A stretch of DNA of 64,000 nt from Mobula hypostoma. Taxonomy: Eukaryota. The stretch covers positions 25,420,001 to 25,484,000 of the forward strand of contig NC_086108.1 of the NCBI RefSeq assembly GCF_963921235.1. Direction: 5' to 3'. The position numbers were made by a program, and so were the translations under genes. The notes under the pieces are model-generated. The model was not told the origin of the DNA, did not search any database, and was given only the letters and a program-made list of their open reading frames with translations. Below are positions 36,906-49,305 of the stretch, piece by piece (positions within the stretch are counted from its first letter, which is position 1; each line of letters begins with the position of its first letter).

Positions 36906-39305
36906 TTTGACAGGGGGATGGGAACTGGAATGACAGAGCGGAGGAAGGGGAAAACAGAAATAAATCTAAGATAGTGAGCAATAAAGATGTCAGGAAGGAC
37001 AGCAGGTGATGGGGCAAATTTGTAGCCATTGGGATGAGTTGCAGTGCAATAAAGTTGCAGTGAAATCAAAGCGAAAAGTACCAAATACTGGTCTTAAGGT
37101 GTTATACTTAAATGCACACAGCATAAGGAATAAGGTGGGTGATCTTGTTGTACAGCTACAGATTGGCAGGTATGACATTGTGGCTATCACTGAGACGTGG
37201 CTAAAGGATGCATGTCTCTGGGAGCTGAACGTCCAAGTATACACGGTGTATTAGAAGGATAGGAAGGTAGGCAGAGGGGGAGGCATGGCTTTATTGGTAA
37301 GAAATGATATTAAATCATTAGAAAGAGGTGATATAGGATTGGAAGGTGCAGAATCTTTATGGGTTGAGCTAAGAAATCGGAGGGGTAAAAGGACCCTGAT
37401 GGCAGTTATTTATAGGCCTCCAAACAGCTGCAGTGCTGTGGACTACAAATTACAACAGGAAATAGAAAAGGCTTGTCAGACGGGCAGTGTTATGATAACT
37501 GTGGGAGATTTTAACATGCGAGTGGATTGGGAAAATTAGGTCGGCACTGGATCTCAAGAGAAAGAATTTGTAGAATGTCTGCGAGATGGCTTTTTAGAAC
37601 AGCTTGTTGTTGAGCCCACTAGGGGATCGTCTGTACTGGATTGGGTATTGTGTAATCAACCGGTGGTGATTAGAGAGATAGAGGTGAAGGAACCCTTAGG
37701 AGACAGTGATCATAACATGATTGAGTTCACTGTGAAATTTGAAAAAGAGAAGCTGACATCTGATGTGTCGGTATTTCAGTGGAGTAAAGGAAACTACAGT
37801 GGCATGAGAGAGGAACTGGCCAAAGTTGACTGGAAAGGGACACTTGTGGGAAAGACAGCAGAGTAGCAATAGCTGGAGTTTATGCGAGAAGTGAGGAAGG
37901 TGCAAGATAGGTATATTCCAAAAAAGAAGAAATTTTTGAATGGAAAAAGGATGTTACCGTGGTTAACAAGAGAAGTCAAAGCCAAAGTTAAAGCAAAGGA
38001 GAGGGCATACAAGGAAGCAAAAATTAGTGGGAAGACAGAGGATTGGGAGGTTTTTAAAACCTTACAAAAGGAAACTAAGAAGGTCATTAAGAGGGAAAAG
38101 ATTAACTATGAAAGGAAGCTAGCAAATAATATCAACGAGGATACTAAAAGCTTTTTCAAGTATATAAAGAGTAAAAGACAGGTGAGAGTAGATATAGGAC
38201 CAATAGAAAATGATGCTGGAGAAATTGTAATGGGAGATAAGGAGATGGTAGAGGAACTGAATGAGTATTTTGCATCAGTCTTCACTGAGGAAGACATCAG
38301 CAGTATACTGGACACTCAAGGGTGGCAGGGAAGAGAAGTGTGTGCAGTCACAATTACAACAGAGGAAGTACTCAGGAAGCTGAATAGTCTAAAGGTAGAT
38401 AAATCTCCCGGACCAGATGGAATGCACCCGCGTGTTCTGAAGGAAGTAGCTGTGGAGATTGCGGAGACATTAGTGATGATCTTTCAAAAGTCGATAGATT
38501 CTGGCATGGTTCCGGAGGACTGGAAGATTGCAAATGTCACTCCGCTATTTAAGAAGGGGGCAAGGAAGCAAAAAGGAAATTATAGACCTGGTCGCTTGAC
38601 ATCGGTGGTTGGGAAGTTGTTGGAGTCGATTGTCAAGGATGAGGTTACAGAGTACCTGGAGGCATATGACAAGATAGGCAGAACTCAGTATGGATTCCTG
38701 AAAGGAAAATCCTGCCTGACAAACCTATTACAATTTTTTGAGGAAATTACCAGTAGGCTAGACAAGGGAGATGCAGTGGATGTTGTATATTTGGATTTAC
38801 AGAAAGCCTTTGACAAGGTGCCATACATGAGGCTACTTAACAAGATAAGAGCCCATGGAATTACGGGAAAGTTACATACGTGGATACAGCGTTGGCTGAT
38901 TGGCAGGAAACAGAGAGTGGGAATAAAGGGATCCTATTCTGGTTAGCTGCTAGTTACCAGTGGTGTTCAATAGGGGTCCGTGTTGGGGCCACTTCTTTTT
39001 ACATTGTACATCAACGATTTGGATTATGGAATAGATGGCTTCGTGGCTAAGTTTGCTGATGATACGAAGATAGGTGGAGGGGCCGGTAGTGCTGAGGAAA
39101 CGGAGAGTCTGCGGAGAGACTTGGATAGATTGAAAGAATGGACAAAGACGTGGCAAATGAAATGCAATGTTGAAAAGTGTATGGCTATGCACTTTGGCAG
39201 AAGAAATAAACGGGCAGACTATTATTTAAATGGGGAAAGAATTCAAAGTTCTGATGTGCAACAGGACTTGGGAGTGCTCGTACAGGATATCCTTAAGGTT
39301 AACCT

Positions 39306-39414
39306 TGGAGGAATCTGAAGTGGGGGTTTATATGGGAGGCAGGGTTTGAGGGTCGGCACAACATTGTGGGTCGAAGGGCCTGTACTGTGCTGTACTGTTC
39401 TATGTTCTATGTTC
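39306..39414 (+). mobile_element. 109-bp 3' end of a different CR1 subfamily inserted into the CR1, with a 6-bp TSD
   Basis: TAACCT at 39300-39305 and 39415-39420; stem-loop plus (GTTCTAT)n tail. Confidence 0.88.
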
Positions 39415-39974
39415 TAACCTCCAGGTTGAGTCAGTAGTGAAGGTGGTGAATGCAATGTTGGCATTCATTTCTACAGGAATAGAGTATAGGAGCAGGGATG
39501 TGATGTTGAGGCTCTATAAGGCGCTGGTGAGACCTCACTTGGAGTACTGTGGGCAGTTTTGGTCTTCTTATTTAAGAAAGGATATGCTGACGTTGGAGAG
39601 GGTACAGAGAAGATTCACTGGAATGATTCCGGGAATGAGAGAGTTAACATATGAGGAATGTTTGTCTGCTCTTGGACTGTATTCCTTGGAGTTTAGAAGA
39701 ATGAGGGGAGACTTCATAGAAACATTTGGAAAGGCGCCCATTCAGAACAGAAATGTGAAGAAATTTTTTTAGTCAGAGGGTGAGGAATCTATGGAATTTG
39801 TTGCCACGGGCAGCAGTGGAGGCCAAGTCATTGGGTGTATTTAAGGTTATGGTGAGAAGGCAGGGGAGTAGACTAAATGGGAGAATGGATCAGCTCATGA
39901 TAAAATGGCGAAGCAGACTCGGTGGGCCAAATGGCCGACTTCTGCTCCTTTGTCTTATGGTCTAAATCAATCAT

Positions 39975-40160
39975 CAATATCAAAGTTCAAGTTCAAAGGA
40001 AATTTGTTATCAAAGTATGTATATGTCACCATATGCTACCTTGAAATTCATTTTCTTGCAGGCATTTACAGGAAAATAAAGAAATAGAATTTATGAAAAA
40101 CTGAAAAAAACAAAGACTGACAAAGAACTAATGTGCAAAAAGACAAATTGCGCAAAATAA
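39975..40160 (-). mobile_element. Rex-like LINE 3' end
   Basis: Collinear with 6655-6860 (aaagttcaagttcaaag...aaagtatgtatatg). Confidence 0.7.
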
Positions 40161-41744
40161 AAGTAAATAAAATTAAATGTCCATTGCTGTTTCACTGTCG
40201 ACAGAAAAGTAACCAGACATGCCACATAAATGGAGTAGTTAGAGTACCATGTAAATAGGTCACTTACTGATTTCTCAGATCCTTTCCCCCAGCTACAAGG
40301 AACAAGATAGTATTAGCACATTCTTCACCTGTCTGGATGAGTACAGCTCCAACAACATTCAAGGGGCAGGTGCCTTTCCAGGATAAAGCAGGCTGCTTGA
40401 CTAGTAACAACATTTACTCTTTCCACTAGCAGCTTGCCACAGATACAGTTCAAACCTCTTAGAAGTTCTTTGCCACCATCTCCAGCTACCGTTTTCCAAC
40501 AAATGTAAAACAACTTCCATCAGAAGTTGAAGTCAAGAGGGGCTTGAGAGGTGTTGAGCCGCTGAGCTTGTTACTTCAGGAATGAAGTCCTGTGGTTCAA
40601 CAAGATGCATGCAGTTGCTGTCAATGATTGTTTTCATTGAAGATAGAAACAGGAACAGCCACAACCTTTGTGCTGTTTGTGATGCCAATCCATCTGCCTG
40701 CACCTGATCCATGGGAAATCACTTCATCCCTGACTACTTATGTGGACACAACTTCCTCTTAATGTTAATATTATATCTGTTTGCACCACTTACCCAAGTT
40801 GCACGTTCTAGGTGCATACCACTCTGTGTAAATAAAAAACTTTCCTCATGCACCTTCTTTACACTCCCCCCCCCCCACCTTAAAGTGATAGCTCTTTAGT
40901 ATCTGGCATCTTCACCATGGGAAAAACATTCTGTCTTTTATGTTAGTAGGGGCAGCACAAATGTCTGATGTGTCCTTTACTGAGCCGAATGTGAATGGAT
41001 TGATAATTGGTTTCTACACTTTTTTTCCTCTACATTGTCCATCTTGCATGTTCTATTGGTTCTGTAATACAACATTTCTTTCATTACTTTGTACAGCGAA
41101 GAGATTTACACATCACTATATTTTGTGACTTAGTGAACCCTCTGAGAGGGAGGTCTATGTGCTGTTATTCCTTCAAATGCCTTCTTTATGAAAAAGATGT
41201 CACTGCATCTTTCTTTTCAAGGTGCGACTCAAAGCAACTTTTGCAACAGAATGTTACCCCCTCTGATAATTAGCTCCTGCCTGTTCCTAATGGTGTCTAT
41301 TTTAATAATTAGCTTCTTGTTGGGGGAAGGGCATGTCTATTGGTATTGAATCAACATTTTTGGACAGACACCACCACTCAACTCTGGTACTGAGCAAAAC
41401 CAACAGTGACATACCCCCCAACAGATTTGGTCATGACGGACCATAATTACATAAAAACTAAGCAGGAACTAAGAACATTAAACTGATTTTTAGCCCATAT
41501 ATACAGTGGCTTTATTATGAGGGTGGTGTTCAAAGGAGTAAGGAACCATCCCAAGTAAAGGACCACATAATGTGACTAAGGATTGTGAGTGCTATATACA
41601 ATATAGTTTACTAAGTTACCATTCCACTTCAGGTTGTAATTAGAACTGATTCAAGGTGCCCAAATTGGGCCTGCATGCTGAAGCAACGTGTGAATTCTCG
41701 GCGATTCACTCAGCCCGATGGTCCCAGCAGTGGGTCAGTAAATG

Positions 41745-41985
41745 AAGATACAGCACAGTAAAGACCCTTCTGGCCCAACAAGTCCACACCACCCAATTAC
41801 ACCAATGTGAATAATTACTCTACTAACCCATGTGTCTTTGGAATGTAGGAGGAAACCAAAGCATTCAGAGGAAACCCACATGGTCACATAAAGAACTTAA
41901 AAACAACTTACAAACAGAGGCGGAATTGAACTTGAGTTGAGAGTGTTGTAACAGCATTGTTGTAACTGCTATGCCACCGTGCCAC
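41745..41985 (-). mobile_element. V-SINE (HE1-like) with a CR1-type tail
   Basis: V-domain reverse complement 'ggaggaaaccaaagcattcagaggaaacccacatggtcac'; tail 'cccttctggcccaac'. Confidence 0.78.
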
Positions 41986-42227
41986 CTTAAAAACAATCTC
42001 AGTTTTATTACGACATTACGCCTAATAGTACAAAATGATGAATGATGACTAAGAGTGCACATTTCCTCTGTTTTCTCTCCACAATGAACAACCGACACAC
42101 CTTGCTGTTTTACATCCTACTGCCAATTTTCAGATGTCACCACATGGTTGGTCAGGCTACCGCCTGCATTTTGCCTCCTAAAGTTACAAATGGCATTCAT
42201 TTTCTAAAATGACATCATTGCATTAAG

Positions 42228-43190
42228 AACACACACAAAATGCTGGAGGAACTCAGCAGGCCAGGCCAGGGATTGCTGCACACTGGAAAAGAGTACAGGT
42301 GACGTTTCGGGCCGAGTCCCTTCATCAGGACTGGAGAAAAAAAAGATGAGGAGTCAGAGTTAGAAGGTCGGGGGAGGGGAGGAAGAAACACAAGGTGACA
42401 GGTGAAACTGGGAATTGGGGAGGGCTGAAGTAAAGAGCTGGGAAGTTGATTGGTGAAAGAGATACAGGGCTGGCGAAGGACAGAAGGGCATGGAAGAAGT
42501 AAAAGGGGGTGAGCACCAGAGGGAGGTGATGGGCAGGTAAGGAGATAAGGTGAGAGAGGGAAAAGGGAATGGAGAATGGTGAAAGAGGGAAGGCATTACC
42601 TGAAGTTCAAGAAATTGATGTTCCTCCAACTTCAGAGTGACCTCATCATGACAGTATAGGAGGCCATGGACTGACATGTCAGAACGGGAATGGGAAGTGG
42701 AATTAAAATGAGTGGCCACTGGGAAATCCCGCTTTTTCTGATGAATAGAGTGTAGGTGCTCAGTGAAGGGGTCTCCTAATCTATGTCAGGTCTCACCAAT
42801 ATACAGGAGGCCACACTGGGAGCACCAGATACAGTAGATGAACCCAACAGACTCGTGAAGTGTTGCCTCTCCTGCAAGTATTATTGAGGCCCTGAATGGA
42901 AGTGAGGGAGGAGGTGTAGGGGCAGGTGTAGCACTTGTTCTGCTTGCAAGGATAAGTTCCAGGAGGGAGATCAGTGGGGAGGGATGAATGGACAGGGGAG
43001 TCATGGGGGGAGCGGTTGCTGCAGAAAGCTGAATGTGCAGGGAAGGGTAAGATGTGTTTGGTGGTGGGATCCTGTTGGAGATAACGGAAGTTAGGGAGAG
43101 TTATATGCTGGATGTGGAGCCCGCTGGGTTGGTAGGTGAGGAAAAGAGGAACCCTATTCTGGTGGGGCGGCAGGAGGATGGGGTGAGGGT
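42228..43190 (-). mobile_element. Penelope-like element 3' fragment (GIY-YIG endonuclease + terminal repeat)
   Basis: CKQNKCYTCPY, FIYCIWCSQCGLLYIGET and ATHFNSTSH motifs in ORFs 42793-43389, 42786-43004 and 42360-42719. Confidence 0.88.
42296..42333 (-). ncRNA. Minimal type-I hammerhead ribozyme motif with intact catalytic core
   Basis: CAGUC-CUGAUGA-AGGGACUCGGCCC-GAAAC-GUC^ACCUG; predicted cut between 42301 and 42300; two stem-I mismatches. Confidence 0.7.
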
Positions 43191-43589
43191 GGAAGTTCGA
43201 AGTACATTTATTATCTAAGTATATATGCATTATACAACCCTGAGATTCGTCTTCCTGTAGGCAACCATGAAACAAATTAATATCTCGTAGTTTTGTGAGC
43301 TGCCCACAAAATACCACCGAATATCTTGGATTATAGTGAGCTTGGATGTTGTGAAGCTGTGCCAATTTGCCCAGGTGCTGTTTGCTCACAGTTTTTGTTC
43401 ATACAGTTTGTGCAAGTAGTATCTTAAAGTCAGGAATGCTAATATGAGCTGCTTGACATAATTTCTGCAGCATTAGATTTCTGTTGCTTGGTGAGAGCTG
43501 GAGATCGTAGAGACATAAATAGACAGCTCACCAAGTATGTGCTGATCATCACACACCTATTTACACAAGCCCTAAATTAATCCAATTTA

Positions 43590-44070
43590 ACGATCTCTCC
43601 ACATTCCCATTAAATTAGAATTTCAAATGCAGTATGAGGCTGAACACCATAGATCCATAACTACTGTCTTCAATTTAAATAAGGGCAATTACAAAATAAT
43701 GGTATGAGGAATGTTTGCCTAAGGTTGATTGGACAAACTAGCTGAGCGAAAGGTCAATAGAGAAACAGTAGCAGATATTCAAACAGCTGGTGCATATTGC
43801 TCAGCAGGAATTTATACCAATCAAAAGGTTTTATGAGAAACATGTGCCATCCGTAGCTAACAAAAGAGGTAAAGGAAATTGTTAAATTGAAAACTAGAGT
43901 ATATGAATTGGCATGGACTGGTGGTAGACCAGAGAACTGGGACGTTTTCAGGATCCAGCGATAGAAGACTGAAAAGATTACAAGAATGGAGGAAATTAAT
44001 TTTGAGAGAAAACTTATACGTAGTATGAAAACAAATAACAAAAGATTCTACAGATATATAAACAGGACAA
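43590..44070 (+). mobile_element. CR1 ORF2 fragment (EN end / linker)
   Basis: SxHN-like 'gatccataac', LNLNKGNY, GRPENWDVFR and FYRYIN motifs. Confidence 0.7.
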
Positions 44071-45114
44071 GTGTTCAGGCTTTTATTTGTTAACTAATAG
44101 CTCTGCTTTCTTTTATTTTGAAATTCAGTTGGACCACAACATGAAGGCAACCATTTTTTGTTTTTAGGTTTTTCAGTCAAATATTTACACAATCCTGTGC
44201 CATCAAAATCTTGGTTATAAGTGTTATTTTAGTTCATAAAGGAGAGAACTATATGAATAATATCTTGTGCTAATATTATGTATAAGTTTATTCCTGATTA
44301 TCAGTATAGTACTTGTCCAGCCTTGGTAATTAAAGAATTCTTATATGATATTAATCTTCTCCTTTTCTTTAAAACTCTGCTTACTCATGTTATGACTAAT
44401 ATTTGGATGTTTTACATGCAAGTCTAATTTCATATATTACTCTTTCTTTTAGATGTGTGACTTAATTGTTTGCTGCATTCAGTACCTATGATTTTTTTTC
44501 TGATTTTCTCTCACAGTTTTACTCTTATTCAATTGTACAGCATGTGTGTGTGCTGCCAACAGACGCTATATCCTGACTCTCGTGCCATCTGAGTGGAGTT
44601 TGGCTCACTGCTGAATTGTGCACTTCCTACTTCACACACAAGTAGAGCAGCACTGTGAAAAGCTGGGAACGCAGCTGGCCAAACAGCATACGAACAATCA
44701 ACGGCAGTGAATGACAATCATCACTGATGAGTGGTACTCAAAACACACACCGCCACAGGAAAGACAAAGCTCACCAGACAGAGCATCTGACAACAGCTTT
44801 CGTCATAGTTCATTGTGATCGTCCAGATCATCGGTTGGTGCTGCACTAGCGTGAATCAGAGGCTGCACAAGCACGTGTTACACGTGCAGAGAGCGAAATT
44901 GCCATTTTTAAACAGATAAGGCTAATTTGGAAGCCCTACATCTTCAAAAAGAGGCTGCAGCTGCTGTCACCCAGACCAAGGTATTGAAGGCCGTAACAGA
45001 ACAAGAGGGTAAGGAGCCTCACAGTAGAAAAAAGCCACCAAGCAACAATACAGGACGCACATGAGTGTGTGAGTGATTATGTCAGGGACCAAGCCAAGTG
45101 TCTTGGCCAGCAGT

Positions 45115-45162
45115 CTCAGCCTGCCTGTAACATATCACCTCAGTCTGCCTGTAACACAACAC
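45115..45162 (+). repeat. 24-bp tandem duplication inside BEL gag
   Basis: CTCAG(C/T)CTGCCTGTAACA occurs twice, 24 bp apart. Confidence 0.7.
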
Positions 45163-47048
45163 AAGATCAACAGTCACGACATTCCATTCAATTTAAATCT
45201 CACAAGTCGCATAACCCTTCAGAAAAAGACAGCAATCCAGGCACACTATAGTCAATGGTCAACACACACCACATGTAAACTGCTTATAGCAAAGCTTAGA
45301 ACTACTTAATCCTTCACATAAATTACACAGCTCTTATTTACATATCCAGTGCCAAGTAAGGAATACCCCTATAGATAAAACAAAGGGGATAATGCTAAGA
45401 TTTGACGGTAACAACCCCCATTGACAGCCAAGGTTTAACACACTTCAGTACACAGGTAGATTACCAATCGGCCATCCAGAGTCTTCAGCCATGATGGATA
45501 TTGCTAAGTACCTAGTGTGCAAAGAACTCGTGAGCCTTTCATACTCTGATGACCGTTCAGAAAATTATAGAATATGGAGGTTGTCCTTTATTGATACAAT
45601 CAAAGATCTGAATCTTACTGTTGGTAAGGAATTGGACTTGCTGTCAAAATGGCCTGGTGAGGAATCCTCATGTTGGGCACTTCACAGCAGTTCATATAGA
45701 CGACCCTGCTGCAGCTTTAAGAATGACCTGATACAGGTTCAATGAATGTTGCAGTGCCCCGGAGGTGATAGGGAGCACACTTTTCAAGAAGTTGGACAGA
45801 TTTTAAAGATTGCAAATAAGGATAATTAATAGAACTTGAGAATCTGTTAATGGAGCTGCTTTCAGCAAAGGAAGATGGTTTTCTGCCGGGCTTAGCTTAT
45901 TAGACACTGTCCTATTGTTGAAAAGTTGCCACATTACTTTGCAAGAGAAATGGATTTCTCAAGGTTCAGAGTATAAAGAGGAGAATGGAGGTGCATATTC
46001 CACCCTCCCTTTTCCTTCTTCACCGATTTAATCTGCCATCAAGCTAAACAAGAAATGACCCAGCTTTCCTCTTCCCAGCCACAGCTCACCATGGAGTGAG
46101 AAGCCTACTCCAAAGCACACAAACGTTAGGACCCCAGTGTCAGTACATAAGGCTAATGCCTCTCACCCTACCGCTCAGAATGAACCCGTACTTAAAGGTG
46201 ATCCAGTAAAACCTTACCCCTTCCTAGTAATCCTCACCCATTGTGAAAGTGCCATGGCTTTAGATTAAAAGCTATTGAGAAATGAGAGAGTAGGGGATTT
46301 GCTTCAGCTGCTGTTCTTCATCATCACATCTTGCACGTAACTGCAAGGCCACATTGAAGTGTGATGAGTGCAATGACAAATCATGTTACAGCCCGACTTC
46401 CTGATTCTCCTCCATGCACATCCAAGGGTTTAGATCACACTGCAGAACACAGCAGGGAGGAAGAGGAAGAAACACTGCTGTCTGTGAACTCTTTATACAC
46501 AGAGGTGTGCAGCAGCGGTCTAGCCACTAAACCCTTTTCCAAGATATGCTGCGTTAAAGTGTATCCTAAAGGACAATGAGAGAATGCTCTCAAAATGTAC
46601 GCTGTGCTCGTTGACCAGAGCAACAATCCTTAGCCCGGTCAGAGTTCTTCGATCTGCTTGGTGTCCATGGCAACTCAAGATCTGTGCTGATCAGGTAGGA
46701 GAGTGACAGGTTATCAGATAGAAGCATGTAATGGTGGCATTATTCTTAGACATCCAACACTAAGTGGAAAGACATTCCTAACAATTGCAAAATACCAACT
46801 CTTGAGGTTGTTCTCTGCCACACGCACCTCAGATGTCTTGCCAAGCAGATTGCACCTCTAGATGATGAAGCCCAAGTTTACTTGGAATCATATTAATGGC
46901 CTTGTTAATGTACCCTTCACACAGAAGCCGGACCTAGGATGGGTCCTTGTTGGTTATTTATTTAGTAAACATCTACAGGCCTACTGTTCACAGTTTTAAG
47001 ACAAACATTCCGAAAAATGGGAGGCCTTCACTGTTTAGCCCTCACAAA

Positions 47049-47725
47049 AGATTAGATTATGAGGACACGCAGTCCTCTTTTATTGTCATTTAGTAATGCA
47101 TGCATTAAGAAATGATAAAATGTTCCTCCAGTGTGATATCACAGAAACACAAGACAGACCAAGACTGAAAAACTGACAAAAACCACATAATTATAACATA
47201 TAGTTACAACAGTGCAAGCAATACCGTAATTTGATAGAAGAACAGACCATGGGCATGGTAAAAAAAAGTCTCAAATTCTCTTGAAAGTCCCAACATCTCA
47301 CGCAGACGATAGAAGGAAGAAAACTCTCCCTGCCATGAGCTTCCAATGCCGCAAACTTGATGATACAGCATCCAGGAAGCACCCGACCACAGTCCAACTC
47401 TGAGTCGTCCGAAAAATTTGAGCCTCCGACCAGCCCTCCGACACTGAGCACCGAGCACCATCTCTGCCGAGCGCTTTGGCCTCAGCCCCGGCCATCAGCA
47501 ACAGGCAAAGCCAAAGATTTGGGGTGTTCTCTGGAGATTCTCGATCGTACAGTAGCAGCAACAGCGAACTGGGCATTTCAGAAGTTTCTCCAGATGTTCC
47601 TCTGTGCTTCTCACGTCTGTCTCCATCAAATCAAGATTGTGCACAGCCCCTATTTAACAAATATGATATCATTTCACCAGAGAGGCCTTGCGCGCTGCGT
47701 CACGCCGCCATCTTCTCCTCCCTCC
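47049..47725 (-). mobile_element. Young ~680-bp non-autonomous retroelement inserted in the BEL element
   Basis: CpG-rich; 5' end GGAGGGAGGAGAAGATGGCGGCG (YY1-like motif); 3' AATAAA then TCATAATCTAATCT; no protein motif and no clear TSD. Confidence 0.65.
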
Positions 47726-48844
47726 GTCAGGTGAAGAAAAGATAAATCTCCAGTTCACAGCCTCAACATGGTCTCTCACAAAACTTCAATATTAGCAGAG
47801 CAGATGAAGACCATCTTGGGTTCACACTCTTCAATAGACCTGAGGAAGATCATAAGATTGCACTCTCTTTTGAAGGTGAACTCTTTCTTAAGACTATGGA
47901 CAAACAGGTCTTCCAAACTGTGTGATACAGCTTGGTGGCTCCCCTCCCCTTTTAAGTCTCCAAGACTATTTCCACTCAACAATAGAGAACAATCCTTGAC
48001 TCGCCTCTCTTCTCAATGACACATGCTTGATTGAAAGCCTAAGATGAAAGAGGTTTGATGCTTTCATGCAGAAGGTTTTGACAAAGACCTTGCAGAGATG
48101 GCCCTTGCACTGACTGTGGGAAAAGAAAGCTGGTATCTACCAACATTTGGAATCTACCATCCCAGCAAGGTTGGGCAAATCAGGATGGTTTTCGACTCCA
48201 GTGCTCAGTATGGTGGAATCATTCTGAATAACATCAAGCTCACTGGCCCACAGTTGAATAGCAACCTTTTGGGGGTGGAGGGGAAGTGGTCCTGATCCTC
48301 TTCATGAAAATGAATCTGGCAGTTATTGCTGATATTCTTTGTTACACTGTGGGAGAAGATCATCATGATTTCTTTGGTATAGGGACAGTGACTTTGAAAA
48401 GGACATGATTGACAACAGGCTGAAGATTCCTGTATTTGGCAACAGCTTTTCACTAGCAGTAGCCGCCTACCGTCTCAGAAGGGCTGCAATGGAAAGGGAA
48501 CAACAATATGGGTTGGATACCAGACGCTTCATTGAACGTGTATTCGATGTGTGCGGTGGACTCCTTCCTCTGCCTTCTAAGGAAGAAGCAATTAGCTTGC
48601 TGAAGAGAACATAAGCTTCACTCTTTGAGTCTGAATTGATGCTTCAAAAGATCATATCAAACAACATTAATATTTTGAGGAGATTCCACACGAAGACCAT
48701 GCAAAGGCATCAAAGACCTTGACCTGGGTAAATTCACTATTTCCACTCAGTGCAGCTCTGCTTAAGTTGGCAATTTAAGCCAAAAATCTGAGTCAGTCCC
48801 TGTGCCTGCACTGTCCAGCAAAGAAAATAATCATGCACTTGAGA

Positions 48845-49305
48845 AATTCTGCAAATATTGGAAATCCAAAGCAACACATACACAATGCTAGAGGAACACA
48901 GCAGGTCACACAACATCTATGGAGAGGAATCAACAGTCGACGTTTTGGGCTGAAACCCTTCTTCAAGACTGGAAAAGAAGGAGAAAGATGGCAGAATTAA
49001 ATGGTGGGGGAGGGGAAGGAGGATAGCTAGAAGGTGATAGGTGAAACCAGGTGGGTGGGAAAGGTAAAGGACTGGGGAGGAAGGAATCTGAAAGGAGAGG
49101 AGAGTGGACTATAGAAGAATGCATAGGAGGAGGGGAGCCCAGTGTGGGTGATGGGTAAGTAAAAAGAGGTAAGAGGCCAGAGTGGGGAACAGAAGAAAAG
49201 GGGAGGGGGAGTGAATTTTTTTAACCGGAAGGAGAAATCGATATCATTGCCAACAAGGAGGCTACCCAGATGGAACATAAGGTATTGCTCCTCCACCCTG
49301 AGGGG
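48845..49305 (-). mobile_element. Penelope-like 3' fragment with a degenerate hammerhead (48934-48971)
   Basis: MEEQYLMFHLGSL (GIY-YIG C-terminus); CAGUC-UUGAAGA-AGGGUUUCAGCCC-AAAAC-GUC-GACUG. Confidence 0.8.

Larger units (their letters stand above)
35600..39963 (+). mobile_element. Near-full-length CR1 LINE (5'UTR, ORF1, ORF2, 3'UTR), disabled
   Basis: GC/CpG-rich 5'UTR; ORF1 at 35971; EN and RT motifs across ORFs 37006-39772 with several stops; deletion near 39725; tail tcttatggtct. Confidence 0.95.
44072..48790 (+). mobile_element. Decayed BEL/Pao LTR retrotransposon (possible 5' LTR ~44072-44653, gag, protease, RT), 3'-truncated
   Basis: Gag DDRSENYRIWRLSF; Cys/His knuckles CFSCCSSSSHLARNC..KCDEC; protease YAVLVDQSN; RT WYLPTFGIYHPSKVGQIRMVFDSSA, LTGPQLNSNLLGV and VFGNS; the LTR call is tentative. 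Confidence 0.8.
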
